A stretch of DNA of 64,000 nt. Origin: Sphyrna mokarran (lineage: Eukaryota). Positions 51,215-63,597 of this stretch are shown here, one piece after another. Numbering within the stretch: the first letter of the stretch is position 1; every line of letters begins with the position of its first letter. The stretch covers positions 10,416,001 to 10,480,000 of the forward strand of contig JAGIQG010000023.1 of assembly GCA_024679065.1 (NCBI GenBank), given 5' to 3'. The notes under the pieces were generated by a model. That model saw nothing but the letters and a program-made list of their open reading frames with translations, did no database searches and had not been told where the DNA came from. The translations under genes were made by a program, and so were the position numbers.

Positions 51215-51705
51215 CGCAGGAGGGGGTACAGAGGAGCTGCTGCCTGGGTTGAAAGATTTAAATTATGAAGAGAGATTGGGTAGGCTTGGGCCGTTTTCAT
51301 TGGAGCAAAGAAGGGGGCGACCGATCGAGGTGTAGAAGACTGTGAGGGTTGTTGACAGAGTGGATATGGAGCAGCTTTTGCCCTTAATTGAAGAGTCAGT
51401 CATGAGGGGACAGAGGTTCAAGATGAGGGGCAGGAGGATTAGGGGGAAATGTGAGGAAAAGCTTCTACACCCAGAGAGCGGTGATGGTCTGGAATGTGCT
51501 GCCTGGGAGGGTGGTAGATGTGGTTTGCCCTCACATCCTTTAAAAAGTACCTGGATAAGCACTTGGCACATCATAATATCCAGGGCTTTGGGCCAAGTGC
51601 TGACAGATGGGATTAGTTGGGAGTTCAGGTGTTTCTAACGTGTCGGTGCTGACTCGATGGGCCGAAGAGCCTTTTCTTCACAGTATAATTCTATGGTTCT
51701 ATGTT
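51215..51705 (+). mobile_element. CR1 LINE 3' fragment at the start of gene B intron 1
   Basis: NYEERL..LG.FSLEQRR and VDRVDMEQLLP..RGQRFK motifs, plus a CR1 tail. Confidence 0.85.
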
Positions 51706-54319
51706 CTCCTTGGGATTGTTGAAAACATTAAGAATATATAGTTGCGTTAGTCGAGCCCGAAATGAAAACCTTGCGATATTAAGTCAGCTATTGAGAAATA
51801 TCCTTCTGCGTTGCAAAGTTTTGTTATTTTTTGAGATCAGCATTAATTGTCTTTAGGGAAAGGGAATTTTAAAAAATATATCTCCTATTTCACAAAATAA
51901 ATAATACAGCTCAATCTCATTTTAACAAACTTTAACCACCTGATCGAACAATCATTTCCGTTAGTTTTGATTGGTGTGAAGCTAGAAGTTCAGACTTGGA
52001 TGGAGAGAATTTTATGATCAGACAAGATTATTTTTCTGAAGTTGTAATAATGGGATTTTATACCTCCAGCTCAACAACCCTCTTTAAGTATACCGACTTG
52101 TTCAGTTCATCATTCTGGTTATTCATAAAATTTTACTTCGTAAATCAGTTGGATCATATAATGAGTTAGTGTCCAAATACAGTAATTTTCTTAACCTCAG
52201 TGTATTTGCAAAATGGGTGAGAATATTGAAAGTGAATAAGATATTATATTGTAATCATTTGTTTTGAAATCTTTTGAATGCCATGTTCCCTGTGACTTCC
52301 ACAAATGCCAAAGCAAAGCAGGGCAAAGTTTTTAAACCTAAAGGGCAGCACGGTGGCACAGTGGTTAGTACCATGGTCAATGGTTCAATTCCCGCCTTGG
52401 GTCACTGTCTGTGAGGAGTTTAGACATTCTCCCCGTGGCTGTGTGTGTTTCCTCTGGATGTTCCACTTTCATCCCACAGTCAAAAGATGTGCTGGTTAGG
52501 TTGATTGGCCATACAATATTAACCCTAGCGTCAGGGTAAATTAATGGGGTAAATATGTAGTGTTACAGGAATAGGGCCTAGGTGGGATTGTGGTCAGTGC
52601 AAGCTCAATGGGCTGAATGGTCTCCTTCTGCACTGTAGAGACTCTAAGAGCTGTCAAAAATATTTCTAAAGTTTATAGTTTATGACCGTTTATTTAAACT
52701 TTATGAAAGTTTATAGGTCAGTCTATGAGCAGTCAAAAATATTTGTAAAGTTATAGTTTTTAATCGATTTTAATAATGTTGAGATTTTAACCAACGGGCA
52801 ACGTAGTGACAAAATCTGACCAAGTGAGAAATTCCTGTCTTTGGAGATTGTACAAACATGTCACCATGTATATAAACTGAGTAACACAGTCTGATAATCA
52901 TTGATTTACAAGAAAATTTCAACCCCTTATGAGTTAAATAAGCAGAATCGTACAACTCATCAGTGAAACCATTGCGTGACTCAAACTATAGTTCCGACTG
53001 ATTTATTTTAAAATCTGTTTTTAAGTAATGAAATATTTGCTCAACTGATGCAAAGTTCTCGTTGTTTATATTCTGCACCATTGAGATACACTCAACACCA
53101 CCAACAAATAGAGGAAGCCATTTTGCCTCCATTCCAGCCTACTACCTGATTGGGGGGGGGGGACATTCCCCCATCTCCCAACCCCCTCCCGTCACTTTCC
53201 AGTGTGGTATTCCAAGACCTCTGCCAAAAATTGAATTCTGATAATTACGTCAAAGAACACCCCCCCACCACCACCACTCCCTGCACTGGATGGTTTGCAC
53301 TGCCATATTTTACTGCCCACCCACATAAACCAGCTGGGAAGCCCCGTGGACCAGTAGATATGAGATGCAATTGTGGCCTTAAGAGAATGGCACACACATA
53401 CATTGTGTCTTCACAATACTTTCTCTATTATTCTTGGCTCTTCCACTGACATCTAAGGGTAAGTGGGATCAATTCTACTGTGTAAAGGATATAAAACATT
53501 GTTTATAAAGTTTATTTATTAGAGGAACAAGTGGACTTATGTTAACACTGCAATGAATTTACTATGAAAATCCTCTAGTCGCCACATTCCGGCGCCTGTA
53601 CAGGGGGAGAATTTAGCCTGGCCAACACACTTGACCAGCACATTTTTCAGACTGTGAGTAAACTGGAGTACCCAGAGGAAACCCACACAGACAATGTGCA
53701 ACTCCACACAGACAGTGACCCAAGCTAGGAATTGAACCCGGGTCCCTGGTGCTGTGAATAATGCTAAGCACTAGAGACTCTCCCATCGACCAACAACATG
53801 CCACCTTCACCACTACAAAACCAGCATTGGGAGTTCAGAAAATCCCAGAGCTAATGTCTATAATACCACAGAGAAAAAAACAAATGGAAACTACCCCAGA
53901 GACATCATCAATGTGCATCGTAAAGATAACACAGGAAATATCATAGTATCGTAGAATTTCTGCAGTGCAGAAAGAGATCATTTAGCCCATTACATCTACC
54001 CTGACTCTCCAACAGAGCATTTTACCCAGGCCCACCTCTGCCATATCCCTGTAACCGTGCACATTTACCTGATTAATACCCATCACCTACTTGTCCTCAG
54101 ACACAACTCGGCATGGCCAATCCATCAAACCTGCACACCTTTGGGAAGAAAGTCACACAGACATAGGGAGAATGTACAAAATTCACACAGTCACCCAAGG
54201 CTGGAATTGAACCCGGATCCACGGCGTTGTGAAGCGGCAATGCTAACCACTGTGCCACCATGCTGCCCCATCAAGAGGCTTTGTCGGAAATGTGTAGAGG
54301 TAAAGTTAAGGTGTCAGAG

Positions 54320-54490
54320 ATAGTGTACAAACCTCCAAACAACCCATCAACTCAACCGTTGGAGCAGCACCTGTCCCACATGTGGCAGAGTCTACAGATC
54401 ACACACTGGACTTAACAGCCATCAGAAACCCATGGAGCTAAAGTGGAAGCAAGTCATCCTCAATCCAGTGGGACTGCCTGAGAAAGTAGA
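54320..54490 (+). mobile_element. RTE-clade LINE 3' end
   Basis: TCPTCGRVYRSHTGLNSHQ zinc-knuckle-like C-terminus, then caagtcatcctc...gggactgcct tail. Confidence 0.65.
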
Positions 54491-55219
54491 GATAATACGC
54501 CATTCTCTGGAGCTCCTGCAAACTACTCAGATTGCACCTTCTCACAGGCCATGTTAGCCTGTGACAGTACATTCACCAGCCAGTATTACAGTCATTATTA
54601 TACCAACTTCTGACTCCAACATGGATGTGAAGTCATAATTAACCACATCAACATCTCACTTCTTGTTTGTTGAACTCAATAAGAGGAACTCTGAGAACGT
54701 TTAAGAAGGAACAAACCATTTTGCAAAATACCACCACAATGTTCTAGACCACAGCCAGCAAAGTCTCCCAGATGCACTTCCCCACAAAAACTGTAAAAAT
54801 GCACTAAATCTTTGTGGTCTCATTTCTCCTCACTCCTTCCACTTCAACCCTCAGGTCTGTTCTCTCACAAAGTCAGGTCAATCATTCTGAATCTGTCTCT
54901 GCTCCTTCCCTCCCATCAAATTCTGCTTCCACTATATTAGCTCCAGTCCCTTCTTCACTGCAAGATGGCTTTAATCCTGTTCTCCTATTTGTCTGAAGTC
55001 TTATGTCCTGCTACAATGTACCTTCTCACCCATCTCTCAGCTGGATAAAGTGCAATGTAACAGACTCATCAGCAATTTTATTTAAGTTTATTTATTAGTG
55101 TCACTAGTAGGCTTAACACTGTGGTGAAGTTAGTGTGAAAATCCCCTAGTCACCACACTCCAGTGTCTGCTCGGGTGCACTGAGGAAGAATTTAGCCAAA
55201 CCAATGTACACTGGCAGCA

Positions 55220-57200
55220 TAAATAGCGAGTATTAGGGAACAGGGTGGTGGTAAACAATTAAAGGAACATGATTTTCCATGACTTTTCCATAATTTTCTA
55301 AGTTATTTAATGAATCAGAGGAAGGTATATAGTGGAGTTCCCCAGCAGTCAATATTAATTCACTACATTTTTAAATTTTATATTAATGGCCCAGATTTAG
55401 TTGCAACAGGCACAATTTCAACTGTTGCAGATAGACACAAAATTTGGATGCATTGTAAACTGTGAGGAGGATGGTGATAGACATCAATAAGACAGGGCTG
55501 TTGTGGTGGAACAGGCAAGCAAGTGACAAATGAAATTTAAGGCAGAAAATTGGGAAGTGATTCATTTTCAGAAGAATAAAGAGAGACAATGTAAAATAAA
55601 GAATTCAGTTCAAAAGATAATGCAGGAACTGAAGGCACTGTTGCTAAATTTGCAGATAGTACAAAAATTTGTAGAGGAACAGGTCATATTGATGATGCAG
55701 GGGGAGCTGCAGAAGGACTTGGACAGGCTAGGAGAGTGGGCAAAGAAGTGTCAGATGGAATACGATGTGGAAAAATGTGAGGTTACGCACTTTGGAAGAT
55801 GGAATGGAGCCATAGACTATTTTCTAAGTTAGGAAATGCTGAGAAAATCAGAATCACAAAGGGAATTGGGAGTCATTGTTAAGATTCTCTTTAGGTTAAT
55901 GTGCAGGCTCAGTCGGCAATTAGAAAGACAAATGCAATGTTAGTATTCATGTCGAAAAGGCTAGAACACAAGAACAGGGATGTACTTCTGAGACTGTATA
56001 AGTTTTGATCACACCCTATTTGAAGTATAGCGAGCAGTTTTGGGCCCTGTGTTAGAAGGATATGCTGTCCTTGGGAAGGGTCCAGAGAAGGTTCACAAGA
56101 ATGACCCTGGAATGAAGGGCTTGCTGCATGAGGAATGGTTGAGGACTCTGGATCTGTAATCATTGGAATTTAGAAGGTTGAGGAGGGATCTTATTGAAAC
56201 CTATAGATATTGTGAGGCCTGGATAGAGTGGACATGGAGAAGATGTTTCCACTAGGAGGAAAAACTAGAACCAGAGGGCACAACTCAGGCTAAAGAGACA
56301 ATCCTTTAAAACGGAGATGAGGAGGAATTTCTTCAACCAAAGAGTGTGAATCTGTGGAACCCTTTGCAAAAGAAGGCTATGGAGGCTAAGTCATTGAGTG
56401 TCTTGAAGTTAGATAGGTTCTTTATTAATAAGGGAATCAGGGGTTATGAGGAAAAAGCAGGAGAATAGGGATGAGAAAAATATCAGCCATGATTGAATGG
56501 CAGAGTAGAAGCGATGGACTGAGTGGCTTAATTCTGCTCCCATGTCTTATGGTCATATGGTCTTACAGGAACATGGTACCTGGGAGTAAATGAGCACAAA
56601 TCATGTGACAATGTTGAATGAGGAAACGGTTGAAAGGCTACATTGGATCCTTATCTCTTTAATTCCAGGTATAATGTATCACGGCGAGAAGATTATGGTC
56701 AACCTCTGGGAAATGTTGGTGCAGCCTCAATTCAAGCCCAACTCTGGGAGCCAAACTTTGGAAAGGATAGGAAGGTGCTGGAAAGAATGCAGAAAACATT
56801 TACAAGAATATTCCCAGGAATTAGCGACTTCAGTAGCATAGATAAATTGGAGAAGGTTCTGCATAGAGGGGATTGAGAAAAGGTGATCAAAATCATGAGG
56901 GGTCTCGACAGAGCAAAAATGGAAAAATTGAGCCTATTGGTGCAAATGTTGATGAATAGTTGAATGAGATGTTGTGAACCATGTTTATGCAGTGAGTGTT
57001 AGGATCTAGGCTGTACCAGTTGATAGCTGGCGGAAATATATTCAATCATAGTTTCCAAAAGGAAATTGGGTAATTATCTCATAAGAAAAACATTACAGGA
57101 CTGTGAGGTCAGCATGGAGGCAGAGGACTAGCTGAGTTGCTCTCTCACAGAGGAGCCAGAATTGTCATGATGGGCTGAATGGAATCCTCCTGTGCTGCAA
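55220..57200 (+). mobile_element. Nested CR1 LINE fragments (older RT fragment interrupted by a younger copy at about 55630-56565)
   Basis: LQKDLDRLGEWAKKCQMEYDVEKCEVTHFG and other ORF2 motifs, with many stops and frameshifts. Confidence 0.85.
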
Positions 57201-57529
57201 TTATTCAGCATGCCTCACACCAGAAGTCCAATGTTACAGAAGAGTGATGCAAAAGATTTGGAGCATAAGGCAGACAAACTCACTCGAATTTGAGAATATT
57301 AGATATTTTGCTCCCAGCTGTGCTTTTCAAAATTAAATGGGAGCAATTGGGATCTGTGTGAAGGAAATCAGTTGTCCTCACAGATCTGTGCCACATTTAG
57401 CACTCGCACCAATACATTTGACAGTACTCTCAATACTGCTGCACAACCATGAACCTTCCACCTTTAACTTCAGAACTAAACTCTATCTTCTCATCACTTC
57501 CTCCATACCTTCTCTGCTCCTGTACATTA

Positions 57530-58035
57530 GGGGCAGCACAGCAGCACAGTGGTTAGCACTGCTGCCTCACAGCACCATGGACCTGTGTTCGATTCCAGGC
57601 TTGGATCACTGTCTATGCAGAGTTCACACATTCTCTCTGTGCCTGCATGGGTTTCCTCCAGGAGCTCCAGCTTCCTCCACAACCTCTGAAAGCCTGAAAG
57701 ACATGCTGCTTAGGTGCTAAATTCTCCCTCAGTGTACCCAAACAGGCGCCAGTGTGTGGCGACTAGGGGATTTTCACACTAACCTAATTGCAGTGTTAAT
57801 GTAAGACTACTTACAAAATCATAGAATCATAGAATCCTACAATGCAGAAGAGGTCCTTCGGCCAACTGAGTCTGCACCAAACACAATCCCACCCAGGCTC
57901 TACCCCTATATCCCTATATATTTATCCACTACTCCCTCTAACTATGCATTTCAGGACAGTAAGGGGCAATTTCTTAGCATGACCAATCAACCTAACCTAC
58001 TTGTGACACTAATAAATAAACTTTAAATTTAAACT
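57530..58035 (+). mobile_element. V-SINE type B with a reverse type A tail inserted into its tail
   Basis: Insertion at about 57815-57995 flanked by repeated ctactt. Confidence 0.75.
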
Positions 58036-58462
58036 TTATCCGAATCTCAAACAAAATATGTTCACTATTAGAACACCTGGCCTCCCACTTCCGTCTAAAT
58101 TTATATCTCCAGTTTCGGTCTCACTCCTGCATCCTGGACCAGTTCCTCCATGTACACATATTAGGCATGTTTGCCACCTGTTTTAACTTCCACAGGTTCA
58201 GAAAATGACTTTGGATCATAGTGCAAATTCTACCCCCAGACATCCCAACCAGGACTCTATCCCCAGTTCCTCCGAAATCCACAGCAACGTGGAATGTTAC
58301 AGTAGGCCTCTCCCCATCCCTGTCTGGCATCTTCTGCCTGACCCAAATCCCCTTTGTCAAACTAGTGCTTACTTTTTGTTGCATCTTTGTTATTAAAAAT
58401 GTGGAAGAAACAAACTCGGTAAAGTGCTATCAATCAGGTGTCTAAAGCTGAAGCAAGTGCGT

Positions 58463-58738
58463 GCACAGTGGTTAGCACTGCTGCCCCGCAGAGCCAGGGG
58501 CCCAAGCTCGATTCTGACCTGGGGTGACTGTCTGTGTGGAGTCTGCACTGTCTCCCCATGTCTGCATGGGTTTCCTCCCACAATCCAAAGCTGTACAGGT
58601 TAGGTGGATTGGCCAAGGTGGATGTGTGGAGTTATGGAGACAAAGCTGGGGATAGGCCTGGGTAAGATACTCTGTCGGAGAGTCGGTGCAGACTCAACGG
58701 GCCGAATGGCTTCCTTCTGGGCTGTGGGGATTTTATGA
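58463..58738 (+). mobile_element. HE1-type V-SINE (type A tail)
   Basis: Near-consensus sequence. Confidence 0.85.
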
Positions 58739-58972
58739 ACAGCGCAGTCAGTGAATAAACACCAATGAGATAAACAAGAGAGTTCCAGAAAGGACAATGA
58801 AACAGCCAATCAGAGAGGAAGAAAGAGTGGAAAACCAACAAAACACCAGAGAAGGTTCCAGAAAGTGAAAACGAGTGGAACACTCAGAGAGAAGGGAACG
58901 TTAATCTTCTTACATTTCTCTGAAGTGTAAAATTATTGTACTTTAAAATCTATGATATTGTCACACTTACAG

Positions 58973-59308
58973 TTACGTACGCCTCAATAACTGGGCCAAG
59001 TGAAAAGGTTGCGACAGTGGGAGGATCAGTCCAATTCAAGTGCCGGTTTGACACATCTTACCACGATTATCAGAAATACTGGTGCAGAGGCTTTTACCGG
59101 AGGACCTGTACTGTTTTAGCACAAACCCAAAACCATGAGATGAAAAGCCACGATGGCAGAATAAAAATTCGAGCTAACAATGCAAAAGGAGAACTTATAG
59201 TTGATATGGAGCGAATAACGCTAAACGATAAGGGTTGGTACTGGTGTGGAATAGAGAGACCTCACATTCTGGATCTACTAAGTTCCACAGAACTTAAAGT
59301 AAATCAAG
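58973..59308 (+). CDS. Gene B exon 2: Ig V-set domain, CD300/pIgR-like
   Basis: cacttacAG acceptor, CAAG|GTAGGG donor, phase 1-1. Translation (V)TYASITGPSEKVATVGGSVQFKCRFDTSYHDYQKYWCRGFYRRTC...DGRIKI...DKGWYWCGIERPHILDLLSSTELKVNQ. About 45% identical to the gene A domain by hand alignment. Confidence 0.95.
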
Positions 59309-59752
59309 GTAGGGCATAAATACATGTTTATTCGTGTGTGCATATTTAGTGATATATTTATATTATACAACAGATTGATATAATTTAATGTAGACTTATT
59401 TATACATTTTTCAAAATCTCTATGATCCTGGTTTCTCAGTCCAATGTTAAAATGTTAAAAAATAAGGACAAAACCACGGCGGGGGGGGGGGGGGGGGGGT
59501 GTGTTCTCCCATCCCACCCACAACAGGAATTGTAGTGGGCAGGGGGGACCACACAAATGTCCATTGACCTGGGATGGGATTCTCTGGTTTTGGGGCAAAA
59601 CAAGGCGAGAAAATCCCACCCCATATGCTTTGATCATTCTACCTAATGCCGAATTTCCATGAGTAATCGCTGCAAATGTATCTTGATTGGTGAATCTATA
59701 ACATGAGGATAGCAAGTAATCAAATGATATTTTTATACTTCATTTTGAATAG

Positions 59753-59789
59753 CTCCAAAGCCATTTGCAAAAGACAAGGAAAGACTAAG
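59753..59789 (+). CDS. Gene B exon 3: short stalk (A)PKPFAKDKERL(R/S)
   Basis: cattttgaatAG acceptor, CTAAG|GTAAGT donor, 37 nt, phase 1-2, paralogous to the gene A stalk. Confidence 0.85.
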
Positions 59790-61554
59790 GTAAGTGACAA
59801 AGGCATTTGAACTGACCTACTTTGAGCATTTTTTAAAATATGACTGCGCAAATGTACTAATCAGAAATATTCTCGCAGCATTTGTAAGTTTTTTTAATGA
59901 GATGTGGGCATCGTTGGTTAGGCCAGCATTTATTACCCATCGCTAATTGCCCTTGAGAAGGTGGTGGTGAGCTGTACTCATGAATTGATGCAATCCATGT
60001 TGTGTAGGTACATCCACAGTGCTCTTAGGGAGGAAGTAAAGACGGAATGGCAAAATAGTTCCACATGGTGCCAGGGTGCCAGAGGGCGGGTCGATGGGGA
60101 AGGGGGGCAATGCCCAGCTGCTCCCCTCACCACCTAGGGGCTAAATTCACCTCTGAGCCCCCAATCTGGTCATTCTTGGAAACCAGTAGTGATTCCTGTT
60201 AGTTTGATGTCAATCCGGCAGAGGCAATGCTATGGGGATGACAAAAAACTTTTCTGTCAATTTAAATGTATTTAAAATGATGAGAATTAGGTTCATGTCT
60301 TCATGCCTGATTACATTGCTGATGACAGGGATGGGGGGAAGATCTCTTAGCCATTCTGGCCCTCTTGCAAGAGTTAGTGGCCATGACAGGAGGTGCTCCC
60401 TGGTTTTCATGTTAAATAATTCTCCTGATGAAGTGACTGTGCTGGGGAATTGCATCCTCGTACACTGAGGCCAACTTCCTATCTCACCAATTCCATCTGC
60501 CCCCAGCAACCATTGGTGACCTAACTTAACCGAATGGTCAACAAATGCTGAATTATGGATGGAATAGACTAAGACCACTCAAACCCAAACCTTCTGAGTA
60601 TGATTTTAATTGTATTCCTTCCAGGGATATGAATGTTGCTGGCTAGCACAGTATTTGTTGCCCAATCCTAACTGCCCTTGTGAAGGTATTGGTGTTGGGG
60701 GGGGACATGGAATGATGAACAACCTTCTTGAATCACTGCAATATATGTGGTGTAGGTATATGCACAATGCCAGGCTCTAGATCCAGTGGCAATGAAGGAA
60801 TGACGATATGTTTCCAAGTTAGGATGGCATTTGGCTAGGGGGCAGGGGGCTTTCATATGGTGGTTTTCCCATGCATCTACTATTCTTGACCTTCTAGGTG
60901 GTAGTGGTCACAGGATTGGAAGTTGCTGTCACAGGATCATTGGTGATTTCTCTGTGAGGTATCTTGTAGGTGGTACACACTGATGGCACTTACATGGGTG
61001 AATGTTTAAGGTGGTGAATGGGGTGCCAATCAAGCGGGTTGCCTTGCCCTAAATGTATCAAGTTCCTCAAATATTGTGGATTTGTACCTTGTAGTTGATG
61101 GACAGACAGTTACTCACCTCTGCATTCCCAACCACTAGTTTACTCTTGCAACTGCAATATTTATGTGACTGGTCCAGTTCAGTCTCTGGATTTTGAGAGT
61201 GTTTATAGTTGATAGTATACAAGTAAAAAAGATCATCTTTCAATTACTTTGAGTTGGATTCAAGGACAGTTTCATAAATTAAAACACATTTTTCTTTCAT
61301 GCATTCTCCCAGTCCTGTACGTTGATTGACACAACGTCTTCACAGGAGCATTATCAAGCAAAATTTGGCTTTGTTATAAGCAAATATTTGGCCAAAAGAA
61401 GTATCTTAAAGGGGTAAAGGGAGGTAGAGAGGCAGAGATATGTATGGAGGGAATTCCGGAGCTTGGGACATAGACAGCCCATAGTCACCAGTGAGGGAGA
61501 AATTAAAATGAGGCCAGATTCTTAGAAATGCAGACATCTCAGATGGTTCAAAGA

Positions 61555-62000
61555 ATCATAGAATCTCTATATGCAGAAGGAGGCCATTTAGCCCATCAAG
61601 TCTGCACTGACTCTCCGAAAGAGTATCTCACCCAGGCCCACCCCTGCCCTAACCCCACATTCATGCGCATTTGCCATGACCAACCCACCTAACCTACACA
61701 TCTTGGGACATTAAGGGACAATTTAGCATGGCCAATCCGCCTAACCTAACACATCTTGGGACATTAAGGGACAATTTAGCATGGCCAATCCACCTAACCT
61801 ACAAATCTTGGGACATTAAGGGATAATTTAGCATGGCCAATTACCAAATCTACATATCTTTGCATTGCGGGAGGAAACTGGAGCACCTGGAGGAAACCAG
61901 GGAGAACATGCAAACTTCACACAGACAGCTACCTGAGCTGGAAATCAAACCCTGACACTGTATGGCAGCAGTGGCAACCATTATGACGCTGTGCCACCCT
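61555..62000 (-). mobile_element. HE1 SINE with an internal tandem repeat of about 52 bp (three copies)
   Basis: atcttgggacattaaggga.aatttagcatggccaat repeated three times at 61700-61842. Confidence 0.85.
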
Positions 62001-63331
62001 TGTAGAGTTTGAGGAGATATTGAAACATCGAGACAGAAGGTCAAGAGGAGATTTGAAAACAAGGATGAAAATTGAAAGAGAGAACAGAAAAAAAAATTAA
62101 ATGGCAGAATTGAATTTTTGGGAAATGTAAGTGTTAGTTTATTTTTGCTACACGTTTAACTGATAGCTTTAGGGAAAGGGAACATTCGTACCACACTTTG
62201 CGTGTAGTATTTTGCACACCAACTACATTTCTGTAATAAATAAATGTTCTCCCAAAACCACATGTAATAGTCACTATAACTCTGCTTAACCGCACTTCAT
62301 CACAGTTTGCAATGGTGAGACCATTTTGTGGGATACATGTTGATTTCTCTGCATTTCAGTGTCATCCAACATTTCTGTAACGGGTACTATCCTCTGTATG
62401 ACTGAGGAGTGAGCATGTGCGAGTCAGACTCTATCTAAGTGACAAAGTAATAAACTCTTAATTGTTTTGTGGATGTTAAAGGAAGACAGTGTTGGGGTTT
62501 GCTCACTATTTCTCCAAGTTAATTAAAGACGGTGCAGTCAATACTGGTTAGGTGGATTGGCGATGCTAAATTGACCCTAGTGTCAGGGAGATCAGCAGGC
62601 TAAACGTGTGGGGGTTACGGGAATAGGGCCTGGCTGGGATTGTGGTTGGTACAGACTCAATGATCCGAGTGGCCTCCTTCTGTGCTGTGGGGATTCAATA
62701 ATTCTATGATGATACACTCTCAGTTTTCATGGTATGTCTGTGATGGGAGTACTGAACTTAAGAACATAGAAATTGCTAGAAAAGAAAGGAATGAGTGAAA
62801 CCAAACCAGTTTGCTTGGCATCACACGATATAATGATAGTAGAGTTGTTGATTATTAGAATCATAGAATCCCTACAGTGCAGAAGAGGCCATTCAGCCCA
62901 TTGAGCCTGCACTGATGACAATCTCACACAGGCCCCATCCCCGTAACCCCACAAATCCTCTTGATTCTAAGGAGCAATTTAGCATAGCCAGTCCACCTAA
63001 CCACACATCTTTGGACTGTGGGAGGAAACCAAAGCATCCGGAAGAAACCCATGTGGCCACATGGAGAATGTTGAAACTCCACACAGACAGTCACTCAAGG
63101 CCAGAATTAAACCCAGATCCCTGGGGCTATGAAGCAACAGTATTAACCACCGAAATCATAGCCAATAATTGTAATCAATCTCTATCATACGGATGACAAC
63201 AGGCATGCTGTGGAGAAAATCTCCAGTGGAAAAATCTCTAGAGGAAAAAGCATGTTGTGTGTTATTTATATTGCATTTTTTTCCAAATTCTAACCATTTG
63301 CATAACGTTGTACAGTTTTGTGCTTACAAAC

Positions 63332-63597
63332 TGGCACAATGATTAGCACTGCTGCCTCACAGTGTCAGGGACCCAGGTTCAGGTCACTGTCTGTGTGGAG
63401 TTTTCATGTTCTCCCCGTGTCTACATGGGTTTCATCCAGGTGCTCTGGTTTCCCGCACAGTCCAAAAGATGTGCTGGTTAGGTGCATTGGCCTCAGCTTA
63501 CCCAAACAGGAATGTGGCAACTATGGGATTTTCACAGTAACTTCATTGCAGTGTTAATGAAAACTACCTGGGACACTAATAAATAAACTTTAAACTT
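63332..63597 (+). mobile_element. V-SINE with type B tail
   Basis: Consensus-like, ending ctaataaataaactttaaactt. Confidence 0.8.

Noticed and set aside
439-63557. Dozens of 60-100 aa ORFs with recurring peptides (e.g. MVAQWLALLPHS, LGSLSVWSLHILP)
   Set aside because: They are translations of HE1 SINE copies, not a gene family.
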